A DNA stretch of 64,000 nt, from positions 54,250,001 to 54,314,000 of the forward strand of contig NC_043010.1 of assembly GCF_006345805.1 (NCBI RefSeq), in the 5' to 3' direction. Source of the stretch: Octopus sinensis (lineage: Eukaryota). Shown here piece by piece: positions 1 to 10,564 of this stretch (position 1 is its first letter; every line of letters begins with the position of its first letter). The notes beneath the pieces were generated by a model. The model had not been told where the DNA came from. It ran no database searches and saw nothing but the letters and a program-made list of their open reading frames with translations. A program made the translations under genes and the position numbers.

Positions 1-32
1 TTTTTATTATCATTATATTATTATTATTATTA

Positions 33-84
<52 letters not shown>
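1..84. repeat. (ATT)n microsatellite, probably the (AAT)n tail of the adjacent minus-strand element
   Basis: Direct reading of the sequence. Confidence 0.95.
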
Positions 85-611
85 GAGTGAGAGAGCAGTG
101 CATGCCATCAAAGTGACACTGGGGTAAAATATACGAAGCCCAGTATACCCATCATGACTACCCGTCTGATAAGGGTACACTAGGCACATGCATCACAACC
201 ATATGTGCGCGACATGGTGATCTCATATCAAGATAAACAGCACAATGACCTTGCAGGTTGAGTAATCCATCCCACTCGAAAGGTCCCTGAATAAGGGTTG
301 TTTAAGGATGTTGAACGAAACACCCATGTTTCTAGAGGTGAATTATTCAAACCCCAAAGAATCCCTCTCAACACATGGCTATGATGCTCCCCCACTACTT
401 CTGCTCGTGATCAGAGATGCACATATCGTCAGCCACCAAGAGACATGCTCAACTGTTTAAGGTCAAACAACTGACAAGCAAATCTGTGGTTTTGAGCAGG
501 ATATTTGCTGTAGCCCATCTTTTATACCAAGACAAAACAATGTACATGATAACACTTCCAATCTGTTAAGATCAGAAGCCATGAGAGCCACTGTCTGTAC
601 TGCATCAGGGC

Positions 612-612
<1 letters not shown>
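85..612 (-). mobile_element. Dispersed retro-repeat family C (SINE body or LINE 3' UTR) with (AAT)n tail
   Basis: Same sequence (gagcagtgcatgccatcaaagtgacactggggtaaaatatacgaagccc...) recurs at 28413-28919, 29133-29270 and 29686-29824. Each copy abuts an (ATT)n tract at the same end, as expected for a retroposition tail. Confidence 0.8.
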
Positions 613-669
<57 letters not shown>

Positions 670-693
670 GTTGTTGTTGTTATCATTATATTA

Positions 694-772
694 TTCAGGT
701 CACTGACTGGAATCGAACTAGGAATCTTGGGGTTAAAAGCCCGCACTCTTAATCCCTACGCCATAGGTCCAT
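694..772 (-). mobile_element. tRNA-derived SINE head (tRNA-Lys-like CTTTTAA loop), not a functional tRNA
   Basis: Minus strand reads GGACCTATGGCGTAGGGATTAAGAGTGCGGGCTTTTAACCCCAAGATTCCTAGTTCGATTCCAGTCAGTGACC. A-box-like TGGCGTAGGG, B-box GTTCGATTC, acceptor stem poorly paired, followed by (AAT)n. Confidence 0.65.
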
Positions 773-998
773 GTTAACAACAAACAAAATGAAGACAAAT
801 ATCCGTCAAATGTAAATAATATACGTAACTCCTCATCTCTTAAATATAGAACAATTTATTTATTCGAAATATATATATACATATATATATATATATGCAC
901 ACACACATATGTGCATATTATATATATATATATATATTATATATATATATATGTGTGTGTGGTTTGTGCATGTGTGTATTTATATATATGTAAATATG

Positions 999-1050
<52 letters not shown>

Positions 1051-1367
1051 GATAATATATACACTCACTCACACATCTATTTATCTATGTACGTGTTTAT
1101 GTAGTTATTGTCTATGGGCATAAATATTTTTCCTTTCATAAATATGAATATTAATCAGTGGATACACATATGCAGACGTATAGGAAGTCAATAATTCATT
1201 GAAATTGAATATACCATGGTTTTTAAAAATAAACCGGAAGGGAAGCTCCGCAGATGCCATCTCGAAATGTTTATATTTCAAGAACTGTCATTTTGTATGT
1301 TTACCCTCGCAGCAAATATGTCGACATGTATGTGCGGATGTGAATGACCCTACGTATGAATGCATAC

Positions 1368-1404
<37 letters not shown>

Positions 1405-1408
<4 letters not shown>

Positions 1409-1783
1409 TAATACTAAGCAATAAGGGTTTAGCAACGAATTGCCTTACCACATACCGAATTTAGAAATAGCAGTCAAAGGGTTATAGCTATTTCTTCTAC
1501 TAAAAAGGGAGATCTCAGTAAAAACAGCAATTGGAAGGCTGACACAAACAGGTAAGAGAGAATGAATTAACTGCAATCTATCAAACATTTTTAAAGTTTA
1601 ATGTTTGATAGATTGCAGTTAATTCATTCTCTCTTACCTGTTTGTGTCAGCCTTCCAATTGCTGTTTTTACTGAGATCTCCCTTTTAGTAGAAGAAATAG
1701 CTATAACCCTTTGACTGCTATTTCTAAATTCGGTATGTGGTAAGGCAATTCGTTGCTAAACCCTTATTGCTTAGTATTACTTA
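1405..1783. repeat. Near-perfect fold-back: ~185-bp inverted arms, 10-nt spacer
   Basis: 1405-1589 is the reverse complement of 1600-1783 except for a 1-nt difference in an A-run. Confidence 0.95.
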
Positions 1784-1978
1784 AATTTTCCTCGAATGAG
1801 GCTTTTACATGCCGAAGACTACTTGGTGTAATTGATAATTATTCCAAATTAATTAATTTCACCCTTCATTATATATATATATATATATTTACATACAGAC
1901 ACACATACATATATATAAATACATACACACACATATACATACATACACACATACATAGATGCATACATACACACACAA

Positions 1979-2022
<44 letters not shown>

Positions 2023-3073
2023 TTATACATATACACACTATACATACATGCACGTATATCATCTATATGGGCGTGTATTTTTGTAGGTATACACATCAAC
2101 ATGTTTTCTCGTTCGTTCTTGAGAGTTTGATATTGTGTATGTATAAACATATTTATTTAGTAAAGATAACTTTACATGCTTGTTAGCCTCAAGTACTTAA
2201 ATAACTTTATATACGTATTTCCCTATGTTGAGCATATTTATCGTAAATGGGTATCATGACATATTTACATTTGAGAAAATTTTTCTATCTACTTTCACAT
2301 GTGTATCTAGAAAAAAATGTGTTTTAAAGGATGCAGACACACTTGGATGTCAAAGTGGTGTAAATATTTATGTAGCAGTGATTTTTTCCTATTTTATACA
2401 TAACAAAAGTTATTCTGAAATAAATATAAATATTATAAAACGTCGCTGTACCTGAAACTAAAACGTAAGTGTATACATTCTATGCGATTCATATGCATCA
2501 AATATATAGGGTCGTATTCTTTGGGCCTTTTCCACAGTTCAAGACCACTCACGAGTAAAAACGAAAAAGGGCTTGTCTTCCTAGGCAATAATACGATTAT
2601 CCAGCTGTAAATTGTAAGATCACTTAATATGTATAAAAATCAAAATTGGGTAATCATTTTAAACTATATTTATGAATAGCGAAACTGTATTTATTAGGGA
2701 TGAGACAGAATTCTTACAGTATGAGCACATTTACAAAATTGATATTAGTAATTTCAACTGGTGTATTACTTTTGCTTGACTGCTAGTTTCAGATACTTGG
2801 AACTTCTGCCGGTGCAAAATAGAAGTCCTTAGACAAATATATGTGCGTGTCTGCGTGCGTGTGTATGTGTGTCTGTATACATATCTATACGTGTGTGCGT
2901 GTGTAAATGAATATAAAGAGCTTTGTGCAATATGATACAGAAAAAAAACTTTTATCATCCCTGATTGTAACTGAAGGTGCTGAAGCACATACATTGCTAG
3001 AAAAACTCTTAATGCCTAATATATACATACATACATGCATGCATACATACATACATACATACTACATACATAC

Positions 3074-3127
<54 letters not shown>

Positions 3128-3131
3128 ATAG

Positions 3132-3290
3132 GGCTTAGTAAAATAAATTACTTTGCCACATACTGAACTTTATTAATTTATTTTACTAAGCCTAATTATA
3201 TAATGTAATATTTTGAATTCGCCTTAATGGTCCTTTTACATACTGAATACTTGGTGAAATTGATTAATAACTAATTAATTTTACCCTCAA
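3132..3290. repeat. Short fold-back (19-bp arms) plus tail related to 1784-1868
   Basis: ggcttagtaaaataaatta (3132-3150) and taatttattttactaagcc (3174-3192). The downstream tail (ttttaca...acttggtg.aattgat...taattaattt.accct) resembles that after the 1405-1783 fold-back. Confidence 0.75.
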
Positions 3291-3294
3291 TTGT

Positions 3295-3342
<48 letters not shown>

Positions 3343-3783
3343 TCATATCTTGATAATACTAAAACTCTAGGAATGTTCGTATGTAAGTGAAATACCCTAG
3401 AAATTGTATATTTTATCTTATATTTTTTTTACATATTTATTTTCATATTACTCTCCGGCTGTGGAGTACAGATTTTCATGATATTTGGACGTCTATTTAA
3501 ACGATTAAACAGAATTTTTGTTTCTTATTCTTGACAAAAAATACATGGCTACCGGGACGTCAATGCATATATAATGAATGACATGATGTGTCAACCAACG
3601 CAAACACACGCCCACTGTGGCATATATATATACATTGTCCATGCGCTCTCTAAGGAAAAAGAAAAGGCATCGACTATTTGGTGTACTCAATATTTGAATC
3701 CTTTAGAAATATTTTTAACTGAATGTGATTTCATCATCCGGATTTCGTTAATTTCCGTAAAAATATAATTATAAAATTACATT

Positions 3784-4169
3784 TGTTTTAAGATGAAAGA
3801 GAGGAGAAAGTGAAAGATGTGTGTACGTGTATATGAATTGGACATGTGTGTGTGAAAGAGAGAGAGAGAAAGTGATAGAGAAAGAGAGTTTGGGGAGAAG
3901 GGGTATGTTGTCATGTATTCGTACATACATTAATACATATGCATACACATTTTTTGTATGCATGTGTGCATGTGTGTGTGAGAGAGAGAGAGAGCAAGTG
4001 AGAGAGAGAGAGAGAGAGTGCGTATGCGTGTGTAAGTGAATGTGTGTGTTCTCATCCATGTGTAAGTGGGTGCGAACACATACATACACTCTCTCTCTCA
4101 AACACACACGTCCATTTCATGCACACGTTCGTACATATTTCACTTTTTCCTCTCTTTCACTTTAAAACA
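3784..4169. mobile_element. Degenerate MITE-like element with ~85-bp imperfect terminal inverted repeats
   Basis: tgttttaagatgaaagagaggagaaagtgaaa...ggacatgtgtgtgtg on the left matches the reverse complement of ...cacacacgtcc...ttcactttttcctctctttcactttaaaaca on the right (about 80% by eye). No TSD seen. Confidence 0.55.
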
Positions 4170-4232
4170 AAAGTAACAGGTGATATTCAGGATAAAAATT
4201 GTTCTAAATATTGTTATTGAACAAAAGCTTCT

Positions 4233-4497
4233 AAAAGAGCGGGGCCAATTGAGGTGAAATAATTGTGCCGTATTGTTGTTATGAGATGAGAGTGTGATTT
4301 TTGTTGTGGGCGGATGGCACGGGACCCAAGCCTTGGATGTACCTTAAAGGTGATGCCAACATCATTTGGGCAATGCTGATGGAATATTTTCCACATCATG
4401 CACATGATTTAGCGCTCACGGCAACGTTGGAGAGAATAAAGTTGTAGCTTTTCTAGTCGACCCCAATAGTCGAGGCCTGTCATGCCATCTATCTTTT
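4233..4497 (-). mobile_element. CR1/L2-type LINE ORF2 C-terminal fragment (pseudogenised)
   Basis: Minus-strand translation GLDYWGRLEKLQLYSLQRCRER*IMCMMWKIFHQ...HNYFTSIGPALL fits the CR1/L2-group post-RT motif (Y.ERL..L.L.SL.RRR.R). One in-frame stop. Confidence 0.75.
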
Positions 4498-5119
4498 TTG
4501 TGAATTTTATAATATAATATAATATAATATAATATAATATAAATATATATGGGCAACAGACACGAACACACATGTACGTACGTACACCTATTGCATGTTT
4601 TGTGTATGTTCATAAACAGAAATGAATGGTAAAATGTTGTTAAATTTGTAGATTAACACACACACGAGTTTCACTAAGAAAAAGAATTGTTTTTGCGTGG
4701 AATCAACTACTCTGGACTCCTAATATGCTACAAAATCCTTTTGTGGTCCGTGAAACGGAGTGGGTGTGGTGTAAACCTCGGAAATTTTACCCATTTATAT
4801 TGTGCAATACACTGACAAATTGCTACTCACGTCTTTGTTTTTTTGCTGTTAAATAAATGGATTGTCAACAGAACACATTTATACACAGTGTAAAATAAAA
4901 ATAAAACTCTTTCGCACCCAAAGTAATGTGTGTATGAGAGAGGGGGAAGATGAACGATTAAAATAAATAAATGATTTAAAATAAATATATTGTAATTGTT
5001 GTGTGAGAAAGTATATATACTAAGATTATAAAATATAGTGTCTTTCAAAAACATCCTGAATTTGAACACTATATCTCGTGTTTAAGAAAAGACAAAACAT
5101 TTTACATTTTATATTTTGT

Positions 5120-5595
5120 GAACGTCGTCATTTACTCTCTCTCCCTCACTCTCTCAATTTGTCTTTCCCGTGAAACTCTCTGCTTCTCTTCCACTTTCCT
5201 TTATCTTGTTTTATTTTGTTAGACGCCGTCAGAAAGCTATTGCTAAAAATAGATTTTTAGGAACGCCGTCACTTACTCTCTCTCCCTCTGTCACTTTGAC
5301 TTTCCCGTGAAACTCACTGCCTCTCTTCATCCACTTTTCTTTATCTTGTTTTTTTTTTGGTAGACGCCGTCAAAAAGCTATGGCTGATAATAGATTTTTA
5401 CCGCTAAAATTTATGGCTGAAAATATATGTTTTACAGCTATCCGCGGGTGCCTCGGGAAAAAAATAAGTTGACAAAACCAAGATAGGATGTTGACGAATG
5501 TCCTCCTAAAATTTGAGAAACATGCGTGCTAATTTGTGGATGTGCATAAACTACAATCACGTACACACACACATCATGCCGTATATATATACAGA
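5120..5595 (-). mobile_element. Helitron-like non-autonomous fragment with an internal ~140-bp tandem duplication
   Basis: 5120-5259 and 5260-5400 are diverged tandem copies (ctttcccgtgaaactc...agacgccgtca.aaagctat). The minus-strand end at 5595 is A|TC followed by (TA)n and (GT)n, the architecture of Lep1-type Helitron 5' ends. No 3' CTAG end found. Confidence 0.4.
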
Positions 5596-5929
5596 TATAT
5601 ATAAATATATATGTATTCCCAACCATATGGTTCTGGGTTCAGTACTATTGCGTGAAACCTTGTGCAAGTGTCTTCTGCTATAGACTCGGGCAAACCAAAG
5701 ACTTGTGACTATATCTAGTTGTCGTAAGCCGTAAAAAGCCTATCTTATATATGTATATATATAATTATAGAATATTCTGTTATTCAGTATAAAGTACGCT
5801 CGTTCACTTTCACATTTAAACTGTGCTCTCCAGTAGTAGTATTATATGTATTTCTAGGTTTGCGTTTGGGCATCTGTCGTGTGAATAGATAATTGAAAAA
5901 ATTGGAGTCAACAAGTAGGGTGGGGTTGG

Positions 5930-8900
5930 GCCGAAAGAGATTAAAGAGCCCTCCCGAAAGAGATAAAAGAGGGTGCCGACAGAGATCAAAGGGCGTGCCG
6001 ACAGAGATCAAAGGGCGTGCCGACATAGATCAAAGAGGGTAGCGACAGAGATCAAAGGGCGTACCGAGAGAGATCAAAGGGCGTGCCGACAGAGATTAAA
6101 GGGCGTGCCGACAGAGATCAAAGAGGGTGCCGACAGAGATCAAAGGGCGTGTCGACAGAGATCAAAGAGGGTGCCGACAGAGATTAAAGGGCGTGTCGAC
6201 AGAGATCAAAGAGGGTACAGATAGAGATCAAAGGGCGTGCCGACAGAGATCAAAGGGCGTGCCGACAGAGATCAAAGAGGATACCGACAGAGATCAAAGG
6301 GCGTGCCAACAGAGATCAAAGCGCGTGCCGACAGAGATTAAACGGCGTGCCGACCGAGATCAAAGGGCGTGCTGACAGAGATCAAAGGGCGTGTCGACAG
6401 AGATCAAATAGCGTGCCGGCAGAGATCAAAGAGGGTACCGACAGAGATAAAAGGGCGTGCCGACAGAGATCAAATGGCGTGCCGGCAGAGATCAAAGGGC
6501 GTGCCGACAGAGATCAAAGGGCGTGCCGAGAGAGATCAAAGGGCGTGCCGACAGATATCACAGGGCGTGCCGACAGAGATTAAATGGCGTGCCGACAGAG
6601 ATCAAAGGGCGTGCCGACAGATCAAATGGCGTGCCGACAGAGATGAAAGGGCGTGTCGACAGAGATCAAAGAGGGTGCCGACAGAGATCAAAGAGCGTGC
6701 CGACAGAGATGAAAGGGCGTGCCGACAGAGATCAAATGGCGTGTCGACAGAGATCAAAGGGCGTGCCGACAGAGATCAAAGGGCGTGCCGACAGAGATCA
6801 AAGAGCGTGCCGACAGAGATCAAAGAGGGTACCGACAGAGATCAAAGGGCGTGCCGACATAGATCAAATGACGTGCCGGCAGATATCAAAGGGCGTGCCG
6901 ACAGAGATCAAAGGGCGTGCCGACAGAGATCAAAGAGCGTGCCGACAGAGATCAAAGAGGGTACCGACAGAGATCAAAGGGCGTGCCGACATAGATCAAA
7001 TGACGTGCCGGCAGATATCAAAGGGCGTGCCGACAGAGATCAAAGGGCGTGCCGACAGAGATCAAAGGGCGTGCCGACAGAGTTCAAAGGACGTGTCGAC
7101 AGATATCAAAGGGCGTGCCGACAGAGATCAAATGGCGTGCCGACAGTGATCAAAGGGCGTGCCGACAGAGATCAAAGAGGGTGCCGACAGAGATCAAAGG
7201 GCGTGCCGACAGAGATCAAAGGGCGTGCCGACAGAGATCAAAGGGCGTGCCGACAGAGATCAAAGAGCGTGCCGACAGAGATCAAAGAGGGTACCGACAG
7301 AGATCAAAGGGCGTGCCGACATAGATCAAATGACGTGCCGGCAGATATCAAAGGGCGTGCCGACAGAGATCAAAGGGCGTGCCGACAGAGATCAAAGGGC
7401 GTGCCGACAGAGTTCAAAGGACGTGTCGACAGATATCAAAGGGCGTGCCGACAGAGATCAAAGAGGGTACCGACAGAGATCAAAGGGCGTGCCGACATAG
7501 ATCAAATGACGGGCCGGCAGATATCAAAGGGCGTGCCGACAGAGATCAAAGGGCGTGTCGACAGATATCAAAGGGCGTGCCGACAGAGATCAAATGGCGT
7601 GCCGACAGTGATCAAAGGGCGTGCCGACAGAGATCAAAGAGGGTGCCGACAGAGATCAAAGGGCGTGCCGACAGAGATCAAAGGGCGTGCCGACAGAGAT
7701 CAAAGGGCGTGCCGACAGAGATTAAACGGCGTGCCGACCGAGATCAAAGGGCGTGCTGACAGAGATTAAACGGCGTGCCGACCGAGATCAAAGGGCGTGT
7801 CGACAGAGATCAAATGGCGTGCCGGCAGAGATCAAAGAGGGTACCGACAGAGATCAAAGGGCGTGCCGACAGAGATCAAAGAGGATACCGACAGAGATCA
7901 AAGGGCGTGCCAACAGAGATCAAAGGGCGTGCCGACAGAGATTAAACGGCGTGCCGACCGAGATCAAAGGGCGTGCTGACAGAGATTAAACGGCGTGCCG
8001 ACCGAGATCAAAGGGCGTGTCGACAGAGATCAAATGGCGTGCCGGCAGAGATCAAAGAGGGTACCGACAGAGATCAAAGGGCGTGCCGACAGAGATCAAA
8101 TGGCGTGCCGACAGAGATCAAAGGGCGTGCCGACAGAGATCAAAGGGCGTGTCGACAGAGATCAAAGAGGGTACCGATAGAGATCAAAGTGCGTGCCGAC
8201 AGAGATCAAAGAGGGTACCGATAGAGATCAAAGGGCGTGCCGACAGAGATCAAAGGGCGTGCCGACAGAGATCAAAGAGGATACCGACAGAGATCAAAGG
8301 GCGTGCCAACAGAGATCAAAGGGCGTGCCGACAGAGATTAAACGGCGTGCCGACCGAGATCAAAGGGCGTGCCGGCAGAGATCAAAGAGGGTACCGACAG
8401 AGATCAAAGGGCGTGCCGACAGAGATCAAATGGCGTGCCGGCAGAGATCAAAGGGCGTGCCGACAGAGATCAAAGGGCGTGCCGACAGAGATCAAAGGGC
8501 GTGCCGACAGATCAAATGGCGTGCCGACAGAGATGAAAGGGCGTGTCGACAGGGATCAAAGAGGGTGCCGACAGAGATCAGAGAGCGTGCCGACAGAGAT
8601 CAAAGGGCGTGCCGACAGAGATCAAATGGCGTGCCGACAGAGATCAAAGGGCGTGCCGACAGAGATCAAAGGGCGTGCCGACAGAGATCAAAGAGCGTGC
8701 CGACAGAGATCAAAGAGGGTACCGACAGAGATCAAAGGGCGTGCCGACATAGATCAAATGACGTGCCGGCAGATATCAAAGGGCGTGCCGACAGAGATCA
8801 AAGGGCGTGCCGACAGAGATCAAAGGGCGTGCCGACATTGATTAAATGGCTTGCCGACAGAGATCAAAGAGGGTACCGACAGAGATCAAAGGGAATGCCG

Positions 8901-9140
8901 ACAGAGATCAAAGGGCGTGCCGACAGAGATCAAATGGCGTGCCGACAGAGATCAAAGGGCGTGCCGACAGAGATCAAAGGGCGTGCCAACAGAGATCAAA
9001 GGGCGTGCTGACAGAGATCAAATAGGGTACCGACAGAGATCAAAGAGGGTACCGACAGAGATCAAAGAGGAGTCCCAAAAAAGATCAAAGAGGGTCCGGA
9101 AAGAGATCAAAGTAGAATCCCGAAAGAGATCAAAGAGTGG
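5930..9140. repeat. GC-rich 22-bp minisatellite, about 145 units, consensus GCCGACAGAGATCAAAGGGCGT
   Basis: Direct reading. No spacers, so not CRISPR. The ORFs here are expected because the plus-strand unit lacks stop codons. Confidence 0.97.
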
Positions 9141-9827
9141 ACACTTATTTATTAATCACTAGAATTGTTTGCACGGAATGTAGTTCTCCAGATGTGCAGG
9201 TACTTGATTAACAAACTATTTTCCTGCATTATGAGATCTAGTTTTGTTTCCTCAGCTGATATGTAAATATTGTCTCCGTAAATTTAAAATCCTCGGCTTC
9301 AAAATCATTCTATCTCTGTCCTGGCCTTTATTTAGTAGTAGTCACAAAGCCTATCAGGATATGTTGTTGGTGAAAGGCCATTGGCAAACTGCTTTGAATG
9401 CGTAAATGTAGTGGGATGGTGATTCCAGTACTCTAATAGTGAGTGGTTGCTGTTTTAAAGAGATTGGTATTTTATTTCTTTGTACTCTTGATTTGTTCTT
9501 CATGGTTGGTTACGCCTATGATTCTCCTTAGCTGGCTTCAAGATTCAACACTCGGACACATACACGCATATATGTGCACGCGCACGCACACACACACATA
9601 TATACATATATAAAATCTACACATATATACATACGGATATATACACGCTCACATCTGCGGATATGTACGCGCACTCACGTACATATATATAAGCACAACT
9701 ACACTCGCTCGCATATACATACACAGATGCTCTCATGTGCATACACACACTTATACACATGTATACATATCTACTTACACACACACACTCACACCATACA
9801 TATAAATAAATATATCCACTCACAAAT

Positions 9828-10176
9828 TAAAAAAGAGTAGTTTATTAGCAATCAAAGTCGATTTTATAGAGGTCTAAAAGTGACAGGTGGTACTGACTAG
9901 CACAGTTTTTGCTAAAATAACTCAAAGCCAGAAGAGTACTGAACTTAATAACTGATACAGAGTTAACTGATACATAGCCGGATCGCAATTTCGGATTTTG
10001 ATGCAGGCCATCATAATCTTCATCAGCGACTCTTAAAGCCTAGAGTTAAACACGACTGCCTCTATCAGTCTTACAAGAAAAACCGTTGAAAACGTGCTGT
10101 GTAAACAATAAACTAAAAAGTGGGGTTCATTAGCAATTAAAGCATAACGGCAAAATCAATAGAGGTCACAAAAGTG
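9828..10176 (-). mobile_element. ~290-nt terminally redundant unit carrying the hammerhead (retrozyme-like or Penelope pLTR-like)
   Basis: 9828-9882 (aaaaagagtagtttattagcaatcaaag...atagaggtctaaaagtg) is a diverged direct repeat of 10114-10176 (aaaaagtggggttcattagcaattaaag...atagaggtcacaaaagtg). Confidence 0.55.
9976..10031 (-). ncRNA. Type I hammerhead ribozyme motif with intact catalytic core
   Basis: Minus strand: AGUCG [CUGAUGA] AGAUUAUGAUG GCCUG CAUCAAAAUCC [GAA] AU UGCG AU C^ CGGCU. Stem I AGUCG/CGGCU (5 bp, one G-U). Stem II 11 positions with 2 mismatches. 2-bp stem III with tetraloop. AUC cleavage triplet at 9983-9981. Confidence 0.8.
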
Positions 10177-10189
10177 AGTATAGAAAATT

Positions 10190-10340
10190 TTTTTTTTCTC
10201 TGCTTGTTTTTTCTGTGTCCCTTTCTGTAAAAGGCTCGAAACGTAAAATAATTTTCTATTCCTGAGCGTTATCCTAATACACCTGTTTGTTTTGTATACC
10301 ACTTGTCATCGTCTTTTGTTTTTTCTTAAACTCTCCCTGT
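10190..10340 (+). repeat. Dispersed repeat family P1 (...ggctcgaaacgtaaaa...cctgagcgtt...), copy with internal deletion
   Basis: Homologous to 53165-53320 (+), 51200-51400 (-) and 13585-13760 (-). Confidence 0.75.
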
Positions 10341-10564
10341 ATATATATATATATATATATACATATAGGCCACTTGGCCACTTGGTGTTGAATAAATATA
10401 CTATTAAATTAGTATCTAATTCTCTCACCCTTATTAATTATATATACATATATATATACATATATATATACATATATATATACATATATATGATTATATA
10501 CATATAGATATGGTACATATATAAACAAGGCATGAGAAAGTGCATGTTTGACCGCTAAATCCAC

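Noticed and set aside
694-772. tRNA-Lys gene
   Set aside because: Acceptor and anticodon stems pair poorly and the sequence runs into an (AAT)n tail; it is a SINE head.
6369-7769. 466-aa ORF and neighbouring ORFs with RADRDQRACRQRSKGVPTEIKG repeats
   Set aside because: The 22-bp unit has no plus-strand stop in any frame, so long ORFs are expected. The period is not a multiple of 3 and there is no non-repeat coding flank.
5930-9140. CRISPR-like appearance
   Set aside because: Contiguous monomers without unique spacers, no cas genes, eukaryotic context.
9160-9560. Possible Penelope GIY-YIG endonuclease relic next to the hammerhead
   Set aside because: Only a vague GQ...LKPRILN resemblance after assuming several frameshifts; it needs tblastn or HMM evidence.
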